Shown: positions 10,482 to 21,475, numbered from the stretch's first letter. The stretch is 64,000 bases of DNA from Deltaproteobacteria bacterium (GCA_026991135.1 JALXCD010000055.1:5089-69088); one strand, 5' to 3'. A program made the numbers and translations. Notes: generated from the sequence alone by a model not told the origin.

Positions 10482-11184
10482 GATATCGGCCTTAAAGGCT
10501 ATTTATTCCTTTTATGACGATTTTTTAAGGGGTTTTCCAATTGCGTGCAAAAAGGGCTGTTCAACCTGTTGCACCACAAATGTCTGTGTCACATCCCTGG
10601 AGGTGGAATATCTGCTAAAAGAAGGAGATATTGATAAAAAACAGATAGAATCCATCAAAAAGGCTTCCCAAAAGGAACACTTTATCCCCAATACCACCAT
10701 AAATACATCGGCGGCCCTTTATCTTTCAAAGAGGAATCCGCCAGAGGACTCATACCCCCAGGATTTTGAAAGGTGTCCGCTTCTAACTTCTGATGGGCTT
10801 TGCAGCATCTATCCCTGGCGGTCCTTTTCCTGCCGTTCAATGAGTTCAGAGACCGTGTGCACAGAAGGCGGAGAGGCCCGGATGGAGCCATTTCTTGTTA
10901 CAGTAAATCTTGCCATTTATCAAATACTTGAGCACATAGACGCCGACGGCTGGTATGGAAACCTTTTGGATGTCATAGGCATCTTTAAGACCAATGGGGC
11001 CTATAAATCCGGAATCTCTTCAGATCTTCAGGAAAGGATAAAGACAAATAGACCCCTTCCAGGCTTTATGGTGCCGCAAGAAGAGATGGTGAGATTTAAG
11101 TCTTTTTTAAGAAGATTATCTAAAGTAAGGGTCGATTCGGATAGAAGCCTTTCTGACTTTTTGCCTGAAAACCTATTTGGATAA
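10474..11184 (+). CDS. YkgJ/UPF0153-type CxxCxxCC zinc/iron-chelating domain protein
   Basis: CKKGCSTCC motif plus CPLLTSDGLCSIY and FSCRS. TTG start 6 nt after AAAGGAGA. Overlaps the upstream stop by 8 nt. Confidence 0.6.
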   Translation: MSKISALKAIYSFYDDFLRGFPIACKKGCSTCCTTNVCVTSLEVEYLLKEGDIDKKQIESIKKASQKEHFIPNTTINTSAALYLSKRNPPEDSYPQDFERCPLLTSDGLCSIYPWRSFSCRSMSSETVCTEGGEARMEPFLVTVNLAIYQILEHIDADGWYGNLLDVIGIFKTNGAYKSGISSDLQERIKTNRPLPGFMVPQEEMVRFKSFLRRLSKVRVDSDRSLSDFLPENLFG

Positions 11185-11189
11185 AGGGC

Positions 11190-11227
11190 GGGCCTAAAAG
11201 CAAGCCTGCTTTTTAGGCCCTTTTTTA
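11190..11227. terminator. Bidirectional hairpin terminator between convergent genes
   Basis: GGGCCTAAAAGCA .. TGCTTTTTAGGCCC imperfect inverted repeat followed by TTTTTT on the plus strand. Confidence 0.6.
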
Positions 11228-11230
11228 TAT

Positions 11231-11572
11231 CTAGCCGTAGGCATGGGTGCCCAAAACGCACTTTATGCCATATTTTTCCTCAACTATCTTTTTAAACTGC
11301 TCAAAGTCATGATTTTTGCACATTGGGACTGCCTTACACATGCAATTACTAAGGTGAACCACATCCACCGGGACATTTTTTATAACCATTCCGATATTGT
11401 TGATTGTGGCACGCCCTGGGCATTTGCACCTTAAAAAGCCAACAAGAACAGGGTTGTCATAATTTGCAAACTCTCCGTTTTTCTCTTTGATAGCGTTTAT
11501 GCATTTATACTCCCCTGGGCAGCCATAGCCGGCATCCATGTATGAACCGCATCCAACAACTAAGATATTCAT
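11231..11572 (-). CDS. CGGC domain-containing protein
   Basis: MNILVVGCGSYMDAGYGCPGEYKC and FLRCKCPGR strings. I chose the Met preceded by GAGGAGGTAAAGGCC rather than the longer ORF start at 11617. Confidence 0.6.
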   Translation of the reverse strand: MNILVVGCGSYMDAGYGCPGEYKCINAIKEKNGEFANYDNPVLVGFLRCKCPGRATINNIGMVIKNVPVDVVHLSNCMCKAVPMCKNHDFEQFKKIVEEKYGIKCVLGTHAYG

Positions 11573-11655
11573 GGCCTTTACCTCCTCTAAGAAATAATTG
11601 GAAATGAAATTAACCAATGAGAAAAATTTTTCAAGCCATATCCATCCCTATTTCA

Positions 11656-11684
11656 TTGACTTGCCCTTTCTTTTTAACAATAAT
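11656..11684 (+). promoter_or_regulatory. Candidate sigma70-type promoter for the rib operon
   Basis: TTGACT (11656-11661), 17-nt spacer, AATAAT (11679-11684), 30 nt upstream of the ribD ATG. Confidence 0.35.
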
Positions 11685-11714
11685 GCCCAAAGATTTTTTT
11701 GCTAAGAAGGGAAA

Positions 11715-12872
11715 ATGGATATTACTCAATTAGATGAAAAATTTATGAAAATGGCCATAGAAGAGGCCAAAAGGGGACTTGGTTTTACAAGCCCAAATCC
11801 TACCGTTGGTGCAGTTATTGTAAAGGACAATAGGGTTGCGGGTAAGGGCTATCACAAAAGGGCAGGTACCCCCCATGCAGAGGTAAATGCCATAAAAGAC
11901 GCAGGAGGGCTCACAAAGGATGCTACAATTTATGTAACCCTTGAGCCCTGTAATCACACAGGCAGGACTCCTCCGTGTACAAAGGCCATACTGGATGCAG
12001 GGATTAAAAGGGTTGTAATAGGTGCAAGGGATCCAAATCCCAGGGTGGCAGGAGGAGGAGCAGAATTTTTGGCCGATTCCGGCCTTGATGTCACTGTGGG
12101 AATTCTTGAAAAGGAATGTAAAGAGATAATCGCCTCCTTTGCAAAACACATAAACACAGGGATTCCATGGATCAGGAGCAAGGTTGCAAGTAGCCTTGAC
12201 GGAAGGATTGCTACAAGAACTGGTCATTCAAAGTGGATTACAAATGAAAAGGCTAGGGAATACGGCCAGTATTTAAGAAGGATTAGTGATGCCATTTTGG
12301 TTGGAAGGGAGACTGCCCTAAAGGACAACCCAAGGCTTACCTTTAGAGGTGTAACCGAGGGCCAAGAAAAGGTCCTTAAAAGGGTAATTCTTGATTCAAC
12401 CCTTTCTCTTCCCCTTGATCTCAATGTCTTTGAAGTCACATCCTCTTCTCCCACTATTTTGATAGCTACAAAAAAAGGGCCTGGTTCCAGGGACAAGATA
12501 AGGGCCCTTGAAAAAATGGGAGTAAGAGTTCTTGTCGTTGATACGGATGAAAATGGACGGGTTGAATTGAAATCTGCTCTCAAAGGACTTGGAGAAATGG
12601 ATATTCAGTCCATACTAGTAGAAGGCGGGGCCACAATACACGGAAGTTTTTGGGATAAGGGGCTTGTGGATGAAGCATTTTTCTTTTTTGCTCCTATTGT
12701 AATTGGAGGAAAGGAGGCTCCATCAAGTATTTTAGGTAAAGGGGTCAGTGAAATTGGAGAGGCCAAAAGGCTCAGGGAGGTTGAAATTCTTTTTTTTGAT
12801 GACAATTTTTTGGTGCATGGATATGTAAATGATATAAACAGCTTTTGGAGCCAGAAATGTTTACAGGGATAG
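11715..12872 (+). CDS. ribD: Bifunctional diaminohydroxyphosphoribosylaminopyrimidine deaminase / 5-amino-6-(5-phosphoribosylamino)uracil reductase
   Basis: Deaminase zinc motifs (HAEVNA, PCNHTGRTPPC) and C-terminal reductase domain (GRIATRTGHSKWIT, VEGGATIHGSF). Confidence 0.93.
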   Translation: MDITQLDEKFMKMAIEEAKRGLGFTSPNPTVGAVIVKDNRVAGKGYHKRAGTPHAEVNAIKDAGGLTKDATIYVTLEPCNHTGRTPPCTKAILDAGIKRVVIGARDPNPRVAGGGAEFLADSGLDVTVGILEKECKEIIASFAKHINTGIPWIRSKVASSLDGRIATRTGHSKWITNEKAREYGQYLRRISDAILVGRETALKDNPRLTFRGVTEGQEKVLKRVILDSTLSLPLDLNVFEVTSSSPTILIATKKGPGSRDKIRALEKMGVRVLVVDTDENGRVELKSALKGLGEMDIQSILVEGGATIHGSFWDKGLVDEAFFFFAPIVIGGKEAPSSILGKGVSEIGEAKRLREVEILFFDDNFLVHGYVNDINSFWSQKCLQG

Positions 12873-13519
12873 TTCAGGGGCTTGGTGAGATAAGGTCTAT
12901 TACACCTATCAAAAATGGTCTAAGGATGTTAATAAATCCCCTTTTTGAGCTAAAAGATCCAGAGCTTGGGGAAAGCATTGCAGTTAATGGTGTCTGCCTT
13001 ACAGTTACAAGCATCTTATCGGATTCTTTCAGTGTGGATGTCTCCCCTGAAACCTTGAGCCGAACAACACTCGGGGAGCTTAGGAAAAACAGCAAGGTAA
13101 ACCTTGAAAGGGCCCTCAGGCTTTCAGACAGGCTTGGAGGGCATATTGTGAGTGGACATGTGGATACTGTGGGAAAGATTGCAACAAGAAGGGAACATGG
13201 AGATTTTATATTTTTTTCCTTTGAACTTGAACCAAGATTTGACAAATATATTATTGAAAAGGGCTCCATTGCCATTGACGGGATAAGCCTTACAGTTAAT
13301 TCTTGCAGGCCCGGGGGCTTTGAGGTCGCAATAATACCCCATACGGCTGCCCACACCACTTTATCTTTTAAAAAGCCAGGGGATAAGGTTAATATTGAGC
13401 TAGATGTACTTGGAAAGTATATTGAAAAATTGCTTTTTGCCAAAAAGGACGAAAAGGGGTCTGAAAAGCCAGAATCGGGACTAAACAAAGAATTTTTGGC
13501 AAGATACGGCTTTATTTAA
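12857..13519 (+). CDS. ribE: Riboflavin synthase
   Basis: MFTGIVQGLG N-terminus and duplicated lumazine-binding repeats (GESIAVNGVCLTV / GSIAIDGISLTV). I used the ATG at 12857 (16-nt overlap with ribD) instead of the upstream ORF start. Confidence 0.9.
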   Translation: MFTGIVQGLGEIRSITPIKNGLRMLINPLFELKDPELGESIAVNGVCLTVTSILSDSFSVDVSPETLSRTTLGELRKNSKVNLERALRLSDRLGGHIVSGHVDTVGKIATRREHGDFIFFSFELEPRFDKYIIEKGSIAIDGISLTVNSCRPGGFEVAIIPHTAAHTTLSFKKPGDKVNIELDVLGKYIEKLLFAKKDEKGSEKPESGLNKEFLARYGFI

Positions 13520-13545
13520 AATTTTGATATAAGAGGGAATTAGCC

Positions 13546-14784
13546 ATGCCAGTTTCAACCATTGAAGAGGCAATTGAAGATATAAAACAGGGAAAGATGG
13601 TCATCCTTGTTGATGACGAGGACCGGGAAAATGAAGGGGACCTTTGTATGGCAGCAGAAAAGGTAACCCCAGAGGCCATAAATTTTATGGCCATGTATGG
13701 AAGGGGCTTGATCTGTCTTGCCCTTGATGGCTCCATCGTGGATAAACTAGGCCTTCCCATGATGGCAAGCAAGAATACAAGCAGGTTTGGAACAGCCTTT
13801 ACCGTATCCATCGAGGCAAGAAGGGGTGTTACCACTGGCATCTCTGCCCATGACAGGGCCACCACCATAAAGACTGTCATGAAGGATGATGTCACCCCGG
13901 ATGATATTGCAACACCTGGCCATGTATTCCCTTTAAGGGCAAGAGACGGAGGAGTGCTTGTAAGGGCCGGCCAGACCGAAGGCTCGGTGGACCTTGCACG
14001 GTTAGCAGGACTTAAGCCTGCCGGGGTCATCTGCGAGATAATGAAGGATGACGGCACCATGGCAAGGATGCCGGACCTTGAAAAATTTTCTGAAAAACAC
14101 GGTCTTAAAATCGTAACCATTGCTGATCTTATAGAATACAGGCTCAGGACAGAAACTTTTGTAAAAAGGGAGGTGGAGACCAGGCTCCCATCTGCATATG
14201 GGGGCGAGTGGAAGCTCATAGCCTACTCATCAATCCTTGATAAGCACGAGCACATAGCCCTTATTTATGGGGACCCAAACTTTCAGCCTGAAGATGAGAT
14301 ATTAGTTAGGGTGCATTCAGAGTGCCTTACAGGGGATGTCTTTGGTTCCCTTCGCTGTGATTGCGGCCCTCAGTTAAGGCATGCCATGCTCCAGATTGCC
14401 AGGGAAGGGCGTGGAGTCCTACTTTACATGAGGCAGGAGGGCCGCGGCATAGGACTTTTAAATAAGCTAAGGGCTTATTGTCTTCAGGATGAAGGAAAGG
14501 ACACTGTTGAGGCCAATGAGGCCCTTGGTTTTAAGGCTGATTTAAGGGACTATGGTGTGGGCGCTCAGATTTTGAGGGACCTTGGAGTAAAAAAGATGCG
14601 TCTTATGACCAACAATCCAAAAAAGATCGTTGGCCTTGAGGGTTATGGTTTAAAGGTTGTGGAAAGGGTACCAATAGAGATCCTGCCCCAGGAAGAAAAT
14701 CTTAGATATCTTAAGTGTAAGGCAGAAAAGATGGGTCATTTATTGCATTTTGTAGAAACAGTTAAGGAGAAGATCGATGCCTAG
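13546..14784 (+). CDS. ribBA: Bifunctional 3,4-dihydroxy-2-butanone-4-phosphate synthase / GTP cyclohydrolase II
   Basis: DHBP synthase block ([18 protein letters not shown]) followed by the GCH-II zinc motif ([17 protein letters not shown]). Confidence 0.95.
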   Translation: MPVSTIEEAIEDIKQGKMVILVDDEDRENEGDLCMAAEKVTPEAINFMAMYGRGLICLALDGSIVDKLGLPMMASKNTSRFGTAFTVSIEARRGVTTGISAHDRATTIKTVMKDDVTPDDIATPGHVFPLRARDGGVLVRAGQTEGSVDLARLAGLKPAGVICEIMKDDGTMARMPDLEKFSEKHGLKIVTIADLIEYRLRTETFVKREVETRLPSAYGGEWKLIAYSSILDKHEHIALIYGDPNFQPEDEILVRVHSECLTGDVFGSLRCDCGPQLRHAMLQIAREGRGVLLYMRQEGRGIGLLNKLRAYCLQDEGKDTVEANEALGFKADLRDYGVGAQILRDLGVKKMRLMTNNPKKIVGLEGYGLKVVERVPIEILPQEENLRYLKCKAEKMGHLLHFVETVKEKIDA

Positions 14785-15247
14785 GACTTTTGAGGGACAT
14801 CTTGACGCAAAGGGTTTGAGAATAGGGATAGTGATATCCCGTTTCAATGAATTTATCTCCACAAAGCTTCTTGGAGGGGCCATGGACGCCTTAATAAGAC
14901 ATGGCGCAGAGGATGAGAGGATTGAGGTTGCCTGGGTTCCCGGGGCCTTTGAGATACCGCTTATTGCCAAAAGGATGGCAAATTCCGGCAAGTACGACTG
15001 TGTCATTTGCCTTGGCTGCATAATAAGGGGGGCAACCCCCCATTTTGACTATGTTGCTGCCGAATCCTCAAAGGGGATTGCCCAGGTGGCAATGCGCTCT
15101 GACTGCCCAGTTGCCTTTGGGGTCCTTACTACCGATACCATTGAACAAGCCATTGAAAGGGCAGGGACAAAGGCCGGGAACAAGGGCTGGGATGCAGCCC
15201 TTGCTGCTGTAGAAATGGCAAATCTCATTAAAGAAATCGAATCTTAA
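14777..15247 (+). CDS. ribH: 6,7-dimethyl-8-ribityllumazine synthase
   Basis: [32 protein letters not shown]. Confidence 0.95.
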   Translation: MPRTFEGHLDAKGLRIGIVISRFNEFISTKLLGGAMDALIRHGAEDERIEVAWVPGAFEIPLIAKRMANSGKYDCVICLGCIIRGATPHFDYVAAESSKGIAQVAMRSDCPVAFGVLTTDTIEQAIERAGTKAGNKGWDAALAAVEMANLIKEIES

Positions 15248-15717
15248 TGCCAGGAAGAAGAAAGGCCAGACAGATAGCCCTTCAGATCCTTTATCAGTCT
15301 GACTGGGAGGATGAAATAGAGCCAGGCAATGAATATGACTATGCGAAAAAGGCCCTTGAACAGTTCAAAAAGGGCCTTTCTCCTTCAAGAGACCTGGAGG
15401 ACGAAGAAGTCTCCGGGTTTATAATTGACCTTGTTTCAGGTTGCCTTTTAAGGCGGAGGGAAATCGACAAACTCATTTCAGGGCTTTCAAAGGGGTGGAA
15501 ACTTGGAAGGATGGCCATGGTTGATAGAAACATCCTCCGTCTTGGCATCTATGAGCTTTGCTACCATCCAGATATCCCGCCAAAGGTGGCAATAAATGAG
15601 GCAGTGGAGCTTGCAAAGAGATTTGGAGACGTGAATTCACCAGCCTTTATAAATGGCATATTGGATAGTGTCTTTAAAAACTACTGTGCAAAAAAGAAGC
15701 TGATACAATTGGACTAG
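15247..15717 (+). CDS. nusB: Transcription antitermination factor NusB
   Basis: [15 protein letters not shown]-terminus, [29 protein letters not shown]. Usual position after ribH. Confidence 0.92.
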   Translation: MPGRRKARQIALQILYQSDWEDEIEPGNEYDYAKKALEQFKKGLSPSRDLEDEEVSGFIIDLVSGCLLRRREIDKLISGLSKGWKLGRMAMVDRNILRLGIYELCYHPDIPPKVAINEAVELAKRFGDVNSPAFINGILDSVFKNYCAKKKLIQLD

Positions 15718-15725
15718 GTGTTGAT

Positions 15726-18218
15726 ATGAAATACAATTTTTCTGAAATAGAGGAGAAACAGCAAAGGCTTTGGGAAGAAAAGGGAGTCTTTCAACTTGAT
15801 GACAGGGCAGCAAAAAGGCCCTTTTACTGTCTTGAGATGTTTCCATACCCTTCCGGCAGGATACACATGGGCCATGTCCGTAATTATTCCATAGGGGATG
15901 TCATAGCCAGGTTCAAAAAAATGCAGAGTTATGATGTGCTTCATCCTATGGGATGGGATGCCTTTGGACTTCCTGCAGAAAACGCTGCCATAAAACACGG
16001 TATCCATCCGGCAAAGTGGACCTATGAAAATATTGACTACATGAGAAAACAGCTTAAAAGGATGGGCCTTTCTTATGACTGGTCTAGGGAGATAGCAACT
16101 TGTCACCCAAAATATTACAAGTGGGAGCAGCTTTTTTTTATTGAGATGCTTGAAAGAGGTCTTGTTTACAGGAAAAAGGCAAAGGTCAACTGGTGCGAAA
16201 GCTGTCAGACCGTCCTAGCCAATGAGCAGGTGGAAGACGGGCTTTGCTGGAGGTGCGACAGCCAGGTTGTGGAAAAGGAACTTGATAGCTGGTTTTTCAA
16301 GATAACAGACTATGCAGAGGAGCTTTTGGAGGGCTGTGACCGGTTAAAGGGTTGGCCTGAAAAGGTCCTTACTATGCAGCGGAACTGGATAGGAAAAAGC
16401 GTTGGTGCTGAAATTGATTTCATGATTGATGGCAGTGACAAGACTATAAAAGTTTTTACCACGAGGCCTGACACCCTTTTTGGCGTAACCTTCATGAGTA
16501 TTTCTCCTGAACATCCTCTTGCCCTTGAGCTTTCCAAAGGGAAAGAGGAAGAAGAGAAGGTAAGAGAGTTTATAGATAAATGGAAAGCCTCCCTTAAAAG
16601 TGAGCGTTATGGAGAGACGGAAAAGGAAGGTGTCTTTACAGGAAGCTTTTGCATCCATCCCCTTACAGGTGAAAAGGTGCCCATATTTGTGGCAAATTTT
16701 GTCTTGATGGAATATGGGACAGGTGCTGTTATGGCCGTTCCGGCCCATGACCAGAGGGATTTTGAGTTTGCCAAAAAATACAATCTTCCCATTCGCGTTG
16801 TCATCATGCCCCAGGATAAAGACCTTTCTACTGAAAAGATGGAAGAGGCATGGGAGGGCCCGGGAAGGCTCGTAAATTCCAATGAATTTAATGGTCTAGA
16901 TAATGAGAGGGCCAAGGAGGAAATCACAAGATTTCTTTCAGAAAAAGGGCTTGGGCAAAAAAAGGTCACTTACAGACTAAGGGACTGGGGCATTTCAAGG
17001 CAGAGATACTGGGGTGCCCCCATTCCCATTATCCATTGCAAGGATTGTGGCCCAGTTCCTGTCAAAAAGGAGGACCTTCCTGTTGAGCTTCCGGCAGATG
17101 TGGAATTTGACCCCACAGGCAAATCCCCCCTTCCAGAATGTGAGGCCTTTTTTAGGGCAAAATGCCCAAGATGCGGAAAGGATGCCAGGAGAGAGACAGA
17201 CACCATGGATACCTTTGTTGAATCCTCCTGGTATTTTGCAAGATATGTTTGCCCTGATGATGACACAAAAGGGCTGGACAAGGAACGGGTGGATAAGTGG
17301 CTTCCTGTTGATCAGTATATTGGTGGGATTGAACATGCCATTTTGCACCTTCTCTATTCAAGGTTTTTTACAAAGGTCCTTCGGGATCTTGGTTATCTTT
17401 CTGTGGATGAGCCCTTTGAAAGGCTTCTTACCCAGGGAATGGTCCTTAAGGACGGGGCAAAGATGTCAAAATCAAAGGGAAACGTGGTTGATCCGGATGC
17501 CATGATAAAAAAATATGGTGCTGACACCGTAAGGCTCTTCATCCTTTTTGCAGCACCGCCTGAAAGGGACCTTGAATGGAGCGATCGGGGAGTGGAAGGT
17601 GCCCACAGGTTCATCCACAGGCTTTGGAGGATTGTTATGGAAAATCTCGATGAATTGAGGTCGGCAAACCAAAGGCAAATTGATCTAAAGGCCTATTGTG
17701 ATAGGGTTTCTTCCATAAAATCCTTAAGGCAAAAGACCCATCAGACCATTAAAAAGGTGACAGAGGACTTTGAAAGGTATCATTTCAATACTGCCATAAG
17801 TGCTGTTATGGAGCTTGTGAATCAGATGATGGCTGTCATCCAGGATGAATCCATCAAGAAGGATGACGGTTTTTGGTCTGCCTTCAGGGAGGCTGTTGAA
17901 TCAAGCCTTTTATTGCTCTCCCCGATAATTCCCCATGTCACCTCTGAGCTATGGGGCCTTTTGGGACATGAAAGGCTATTGGTTGAAGAGCCCTGGCCGG
18001 TTGCAGATGAGGAGGTGGCCAAGGTTGATGAAGTTACAGTGGTTGTCCAGGTAAATGGAAAGGTAAGGGGCAAGATAAAGGTACCTGTCGGTATTTCAAA
18101 GGAAGAAGCCTTAGAGCTTTCAACGGGCGAGGCCAATGTAAGGAAATTTATCTCTGATAAGGAGATAAAAAAGGTAATTTATGTGCCCAATAAGATTTTG
18201 AATATCGTGGTTGGATAA
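15726..18218 (+). CDS. leuS: Leucine--tRNA ligase
   Basis: Class I signatures ([19 protein letters not shown]), CP1 editing domain, 830 aa. Confidence 0.98.
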   Translation: MKYNFSEIEEKQQRLWEEKGVFQLDDRAAKRPFYCLEMFPYPSGRIHMGHVRNYSIGDVIARFKKMQSYDVLHPMGWDAFGLPAENAAIKHGIHPAKWTYENIDYMRKQLKRMGLSYDWSREIATCHPKYYKWEQLFFIEMLERGLVYRKKAKVNWCESCQTVLANEQVEDGLCWRCDSQVVEKELDSWFFKITDYAEELLEGCDRLKGWPEKVLTMQRNWIGKSVGAEIDFMIDGSDKTIKVFTTRPDTLFGVTFMSISPEHPLALELSKGKEEEEKVREFIDKWKASLKSERYGETEKEGVFTGSFCIHPLTGEKVPIFVANFVLMEYGTGAVMAVPAHDQRDFEFAKKYNLPIRVVIMPQDKDLSTEKMEEAWEGPGRLVNSNEFNGLDNERAKEEITRFLSEKGLGQKKVTYRLRDWGISRQRYWGAPIPIIHCKDCGPVPVKKEDLPVELPADVEFDPTGKSPLPECEAFFRAKCPRCGKDARRETDTMDTFVESSWYFARYVCPDDDTKGLDKERVDKWLPVDQYIGGIEHAILHLLYSRFFTKVLRDLGYLSVDEPFERLLTQGMVLKDGAKMSKSKGNVVDPDAMIKKYGADTVRLFILFAAPPERDLEWSDRGVEGAHRFIHRLWRIVMENLDELRSANQRQIDLKAYCDRVSSIKSLRQKTHQTIKKVTEDFERYHFNTAISAVMELVNQMMAVIQDESIKKDDGFWSAFREAVESSLLLLSPIIPHVTSELWGLLGHERLLVEEPWPVADEEVAKVDEVTVVVQVNGKVRGKIKVPVGISKEEALELSTGEANVRKFISDKEIKKVIYVPNKILNIVVG

Positions 18219-18738
18219 GGTGTTACACTCTAAATCTTTTCTTAAATTTTTGCCCCTGATGGTATTAATTGTTTCCTGTGGGTATCACAGGCAGGAGACA
18301 GACGTCCAGTTGCCTAACTGGATAAGAACCATTTACATTGCACCGTGGAAGAATAACAGCACTGAGCTTCATCTTGGCCAGTGGATTACAGACGAGCTCA
18401 GGGAGCGTTTTTTGCAGGATTCGGGTCTTACCCTGGTGCCAAAGGCAGAGGCAGATGTCATCCTTTCAGGAAAGGTGATTAGTGCCTATACCACTGGCCT
18501 TTCCTATGTGAGATACGATATAGCAGTTGAAAGGCGCATTGGTGTTGAGTGTGAGGTAAAACTGATAGATGCAAAGACAGGGAAAGAAATATGGAAGAGT
18601 CCGCCCATTGTCCGGGAAGAGGGTTTTTATGTAGGAAAGGATATTATAAAAACAGAAGACCTTAAAAATATCACTTTAAAAAAGATAAGCGAGGATATAG
18701 CAGAAATAATCCACCACAGGATTGCCGGTGTGTATTAA
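18211..18738 (+). CDS. lptE: LPS-assembly lipoprotein LptE-like
   Basis: Lipobox (LIVSCGY), about 170 aa, immediately downstream of leuS as in many diderm bacteria. Start is TTG 18211 or GTG 18220. Confidence 0.6.
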   Translation: MDKVLHSKSFLKFLPLMVLIVSCGYHRQETDVQLPNWIRTIYIAPWKNNSTELHLGQWITDELRERFLQDSGLTLVPKAEADVILSGKVISAYTTGLSYVRYDIAVERRIGVECEVKLIDAKTGKEIWKSPPIVREEGFYVGKDIIKTEDLKNITLKKISEDIAEIIHHRIAGVY

Positions 18739-18772
18739 AAACCGAAACCTAAAAAACAATCATAAAATACAA

Positions 18773-18797
18773 AAGGCCCCTTCGCCCGGGGCCCTTT
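18773..18797. terminator. Bidirectional hairpin between lptE and dsrC
   Basis: AAGGCCCC TTCGCCC GGGGCCCTT inverted repeat between two convergent genes. Confidence 0.6.
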
Positions 18798-18826
18798 GTA
18801 TTTCCAAAATTCAGGAAATCTTTTGA

Positions 18827-19147
18827 CTAGACACAACCGGTTGGCTTTGGAAGACCTGCCATCTTACAAGCTCCCTTACCAGGTCCTGATGGAAAGAGCT
18901 CATAGATTTTCTTCAAAGGATAACCGGTTGTCTTGGACAGGATCCTGACCATAGGAGCAATTCCGTTCTTCTTGAAGTAGTCCTGAAGAACATCGATGAT
19001 CTTTTTGTGATCCTCAGTCAATTCGCTGATTCCTTCCTGCTCCATAACATATTCGACCCAGTTCTCGTCCCACTCTTCCATTCCTTTGACCAAGAACCCG
19101 TCTTCGTCAACTTCATAAGTCTTGCCTTTGTACTCTACAGTTGCCAT
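18827..19147 (-). CDS. dsrC: DsrC (dissimilatory sulfite reductase gamma subunit / TusE family)
   Basis: 106 aa ending CKMAGLPKPTGCV. Both conserved cysteines of the flexible C-terminal arm are present, which separates true DsrC from TusE/RspA. AGGAGGG SD is 6 nt before the ATG. Confidence 0.9.
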   Translation of the reverse strand: MATVEYKGKTYEVDEDGFLVKGMEEWDENWVEYVMEQEGISELTEDHKKIIDVLQDYFKKNGIAPMVRILSKTTGYPLKKIYELFPSGPGKGACKMAGLPKPTGCV

Positions 19148-19343
19148 ATTGCCCTCCTTTAGGATTATTATCTTATGTCCATTTTATTTACAGACGTCAT
19201 GTAATTACTATAACGAAAACTCTTTGTCAAGGTTAGTTAAAAATTTTTCAATTTCTCTCTTCAGTGAAATTGTTAATATTTATAGCAAGTTACATCAATA
19301 ACAATTTGTATGTTAAGGAATTTTTTGAATGGTCATTCATTTT

Positions 19344-20561
19344 TTAGTTTCTAGGTTGTCTTCTATCTATGGGTAAAAGGATGATTATTCGCCCATGATT
19401 TTTTAGCCTTCCTGCAAGGGAAAGGGCCCTTTTCCCGTTCCCAACGAAAAGATCTGCCCGAAATGGCCCTTTTATCGCGCTTCCTGTGTCGTGATTAAAT
19501 CCTATAAGGGCTATCTCATTCTCCGGGTCATTAAGCCATTCAAGAGGCGTCTTTACATCCGGAAGCCTAAAAATAATTAAAACTGGGATGCCAGGAGGAT
19601 AAAATTTTGAGTCAAGGGCCAAGGAGGCCCCGGAAACGATAACCTTGCCATAACTCCCAATCGGCCCTTTATCTTCCCATTTGAAAAAGACATAACGTTC
19701 GTTTTGGTATAATATATTTTTGAATTTTTCTGGATTTTTTTGTGCAAACTCCCTTATATCATCCCAGGTAACACCATGTCCTTTAATCAAGCCCTTTTTT
19801 ATGAGGATATTACCGATGCTTTTATATTTTCTGCCATTACTTGCGGCATAGTGAATAAACCTTTTTTGCCCCTTAAGGTCGATTATGCCTGAACCTTGAA
19901 TCTGTAGTTCCAGTAGCTCTACTTCATCCCTTAACCAGCAAAGAACAGGATATTTTGAGCTCCTACTTTCAATCTGGGAACGGGTGTAATAGGGTATGAG
20001 CCTTTTTCCAAGAATTCGCCCCCAAAGGCTGATCCCGGGAAGATTTTCGGAAAAATCCTTAAGGCGTACCCTTATAAGATCCTCTGGCCATGAAAAAACA
20101 GGGACGCTGAATACCTCTGTCCTTTCCAGGGAACCCGAAAATTCTGGTTGATAATAGCCTGTAAGAAGTAGCCTTTTGTTTTGTTGACCGCTTTTAATTT
20201 CATAGGGAATAAAGCACCTTTTTAGTGCTTCCCTTTCAGGAATTCCCCTTGACAAAAGGCCCTTAAAAACTATTAGGGCCTTTATATAATCTTCCTTTGG
20301 CACCTTTTTCCCGAAAATGGTCATTATATCAGGTGCCCTTTTTTTTATGATATCTATGCTCTTTTGGATGGCCTCAATCAAAAATCTAGTTTCTGGATTG
20401 AGACGGGCATTGATGGAGTCAAGGTCAATCTTTTCAAGCCTTATTCCCTTTGGCCTAGGATACGGCAGCCATTTAAAGAAAAAAAGGGCCAGAAGCACGG
20501 CAAAAAGTGCCACTGACCCAGAAAATATCAAAAGGTTTTTCTTAGAGACCTGTAGCTTCAA
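19344..20561 (-). CDS. mltA: Murein transglycosylase A (MltA family, with 3D domain)
   Basis: N-terminal membrane anchor, LTGYYQPEFSGS, RFIHYAASNGRKYKSIG, DTGSAIKGPFRADLFVG. TTG start. Confidence 0.8.
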   Translation of the reverse strand: MKLQVSKKNLLIFSGSVALFAVLLALFFFKWLPYPRPKGIRLEKIDLDSINARLNPETRFLIEAIQKSIDIIKKRAPDIMTIFGKKVPKEDYIKALIVFKGLLSRGIPEREALKRCFIPYEIKSGQQNKRLLLTGYYQPEFSGSLERTEVFSVPVFSWPEDLIRVRLKDFSENLPGISLWGRILGKRLIPYYTRSQIESRSSKYPVLCWLRDEVELLELQIQGSGIIDLKGQKRFIHYAASNGRKYKSIGNILIKKGLIKGHGVTWDDIREFAQKNPEKFKNILYQNERYVFFKWEDKGPIGSYGKVIVSGASLALDSKFYPPGIPVLIIFRLPDVKTPLEWLNDPENEIALIGFNHDTGSAIKGPFRADLFVGNGKRALSLAGRLKNHGRIIILLPIDRRQPRN

Positions 20562-21474
20562 CCTGTTTTTTTACTGCCTCAACGGATTTTGAAAGGGCAT
20601 CTTTTTCTTCCTGGGTCAAAGGAAATTCAACTATCCTTTCAACACCCTTTCTGCCAAGTACCACAGGGACGCCCAAAAACACGCCGCTTATTCCAAACTC
20701 CCCTTCAAGATATGCAGCACATGGAAGGACCCTTTTTTCATCAAGAAGGATTGACTGGGCCATCTCAATGGCGCAAAGTCCAGGGGTGGTAAAGGCGCTT
20801 CCTGTTTTAAGATGCTCTACAATTTCTCCCCCGCCAAACTTTGTCCGGTTTACAATCTCCTCCAGCTCCCTTTTTGAAAGAAGGTCTTCAACAGGTATTC
20901 CAGCTACACTTGCTAGCCTTGTAAGGGGAAGCATGTTGTCTCCGTGGATGCCCATGACAAGGGCAGTAACGTCCTTCGGGGCAACTCCAAGGGCCTGGGC
21001 AAGAAAGGTCCTGTATCTTGATGAGTCAAGGACTCCGGCCATTCCAACCACCCTGTTTTTGGGAAACCCGGATACCTTAAATACCGTATATACCATTGCA
21101 TCAATTGGGTTTGTAACCACGATGATTATTGTCTCTGTACTAAATTTCACAATGTTTTCAGTAACTTCTTTGACTATTTCCACATTTTTCTGTAAAAGGT
21201 CATCCCTAGACATGCCAGGCTTTCTGGCAAGACCTGCCGTTATTATAACAACATTTGATTCCCTGGTATCTTCGTAAGAACAGGTTCCCACAATTTTCCC
21301 AGTAAAGCCGCAAAGGGGGGCGCTTTGGCTTATATCAAGGGCCTTTCCCTGGGGTATTCCCTCGATTACATCCAAAAGAACGATCTCGTCTGCAATATTT
21401 CTGCTAATGGCCCAGTGGGCAGCAGAGGTTCCAACAGCACCTGAACCAACAATGGTGAGTTTTCCCTTTGGCAT
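20542..21474 (-). CDS. mdh: Malate dehydrogenase (LDH-like family)
   Basis: KLTIVGSGAVG Rossmann motif, ITAGLARKPGMSRDDL, catalytic GIHGD. I chose the ATG at 21474, preceded by AAAGGAGAAG. Confidence 0.88.
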   Translation of the reverse strand: MPKGKLTIVGSGAVGTSAAHWAISRNIADEIVLLDVIEGIPQGKALDISQSAPLCGFTGKIVGTCSYEDTRESNVVIITAGLARKPGMSRDDLLQKNVEIVKEVTENIVKFSTETIIIVVTNPIDAMVYTVFKVSGFPKNRVVGMAGVLDSSRYRTFLAQALGVAPKDVTALVMGIHGDNMLPLTRLASVAGIPVEDLLSKRELEEIVNRTKFGGGEIVEHLKTGSAFTTPGLCAIEMAQSILLDEKRVLPCAAYLEGEFGISGVFLGVPVVLGRKGVERIVEFPLTQEEKDALSKSVEAVKKQVEATGL

Positions 21475-21475
21475 C

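Noticed and set aside
11618-11714. FMN riboswitch upstream of ribD
   Set aside because: The spacer is only 97 nt and lacks the conserved FMN-element core strings (GGGCAGGGTGAAATTCCC-type and its partners). It contains only a plain promoter-like TTGACT/AATAAT pair.
12874-14219. Long antisense ORFs (12874-13488 minus, 204 aa; 13512-14219 minus, 235 aa). Similar ones occur opposite dnaK, leuS, ftsH, hdrL, mdh and gpsA
   Set aside because: They are low-complexity, Ser/Pro/Leu-rich shadow ORFs lying exactly opposite well-supported genes. They have no recognisable motifs or SD sequences.
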